A DNA stretch of 41,441 nt from an uncultured Myxococcales bacterium. GTDB taxonomy: Bacteria > Myxococcota_A > UBA9160 > SZUA-336. The notes under the pieces are model-generated. The model worked only from the letters and a program-made list of their open reading frames with translations. It made no database searches and was not told the origin of the DNA. The stretch is taken from positions 1-41,441 of the forward strand of contig CAZLBF010000040.1 in the NCBI GenBank assembly GCA_964557495.1, read 5' to 3'. This document shows, piece after piece, positions 41,006-41,441 of the stretch. The translations under genes and the position numbers were made by a program. The first letter of the stretch is position 1. Every line of letters begins with the position of its first letter.

Positions 41006-41203
41006 GCCCCGCTCTCCCTGGCCTCGAGCGGAGGCCGAGCTGGCCCTACACCGCGGAGATGCGGCGAGCAGGAACCCGCCTGTCGGCCATTGACGCTCAC
41101 CCCGATACGCAGCCTCCCGGCTCCGTATCGGCACCCCACTCAATATGTAGACGCGATCCCTACCTCAGCCCCCCTCACACCGGGCAGGTCGTGCCACCCC
41201 AAA

Positions 41204-41318
41204 GGCGGTCTGCAGAGGGTGCGCCGGGCGCTTAGTCCGCGCAGAGCGCTCCTGTGCACAGCGCGATGAATCCGAGCCTCGAAGCAGCGGGCGCCCGTCG
41301 CACCCTCTGCAGACCGCC
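41204..41318. repeat. Palindromic intergenic element, copy 2 (arms GGCGGTCTGCAGAGGGTGCGCCGGGCGC / GCGCCCGTCGCACCCTCTGCAGACCGCC, 59-nt core)
   Basis: Read directly from the sequence. Same length and orientation as 32642..32756. The right arm is the exact reverse complement of the copy 1 left arm. About 42 of 59 core positions are identical by my hand alignment. Confidence 0.85.
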
Positions 41319-41332
41319 GCCCCCCGGGAGAC

Positions 41333-41441
41333 TCAGTCCGTCCGTCGAACGGCCCGGAACGTCTCCTTCAGGCTCAGCAGCGGCCGGAAGCCGGTCTCCT
41401 CGCTGAAGCGCCGCCCCGAGATGGTGCAGGGGTACTTGAGG
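41333..41441 (-). CDS. 3' end of a gene, possibly an NAD-dependent epimerase/dehydratase (SDR) family protein; 5' part lies outside the window
   Basis: The minus-strand frame reads LKYPCTISGRRFSEETGFRPLLSLKETFRAVRRTD then stop (tca at 41333..41335). The pattern S...F.EE.GF.P..SL.E resembles epimerase C-termini. Only 36 codons are visible. Confidence 0.3.
   Translation of the reverse strand, partial: LKYPCTISGRRFSEETGFRPLLSLKETFRAVRRTD

Overview
Very GC-rich (about 70 percent by eye, not computed), densely coding bacterial chromosomal segment. I count about 46 protein-coding genes. I recognise no rRNA, tRNA, CRISPR array, transposase, integrase or phage gene. All product calls come from recognising motifs and families by eye in the supplied translations; no search was run. 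Many ORF-track starts were moved to internal start codons that fit the family N-terminus, an RBS or a stop/start overlap.

Gene content, left to right:
- 3' end of an aldehyde-oxidase/xanthine-dehydrogenase-family molybdopterin subunit, a MoaD/ThiS-like GG protein, and UspA.
- A WS/DGAT acyltransferase.
- An ECF sigma and zf-HC2 anti-sigma pair, divergent from a secreted VIT-VWA protein.
- The VIT-VWA gene heads a tight same-strand run: ICMT-like methyltransferase, YhhN, class I methyltransferase, Gfo/Idh/MocA, a second ICMT-like methyltransferase, MBL hydrolase, matrixin lipoprotein.
- An esterase, ChaN and DsbA-like run.
- A complete Rrf2-sufBCDSUT Fe-S operon.
- Yip1 and a NIPSNAP-like protein.
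- A long minus-strand run: moaD-like, tungsten-type aldehyde:ferredoxin oxidoreductase, moeA, moeA::PBP fusion, MESH1-like HD hydrolase, DUF1990, unknown.
- cbpA, cbpM and a sulfotransferase.
- HADH2-type SDR, speA, a membrane zinc-ribbon protein and a HAD hydrolase.
- An FAD oxidoreductase and YyaL/DUF255.
- An unknown secreted protein and a short 3' gene fragment.

Most of this is ordinary housekeeping or accessory metabolism. I do not see a convincing defence island or a clearly novel multi-gene system. The points most worth a second look, all scored modestly:
1. Two copies of a 115-bp palindromic intergenic element.
2. The tungsten-cofactor/AOR cluster and its structured 127-nt spacer.
3. 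Two paralogous CysO/MoaD-like GG proteins, each next to a pterin enzyme.
4. A tightly spaced, in part translationally coupled, MESH1-like hydrolase / DUF1990 / unknown triad.
5. The ICMT-YhhN-methyltransferase-oxidoreductase-ICMT-MBL-matrixin run downstream of an ECF-linked VIT-VWA gene.
6. Apparently leaderless promoters.
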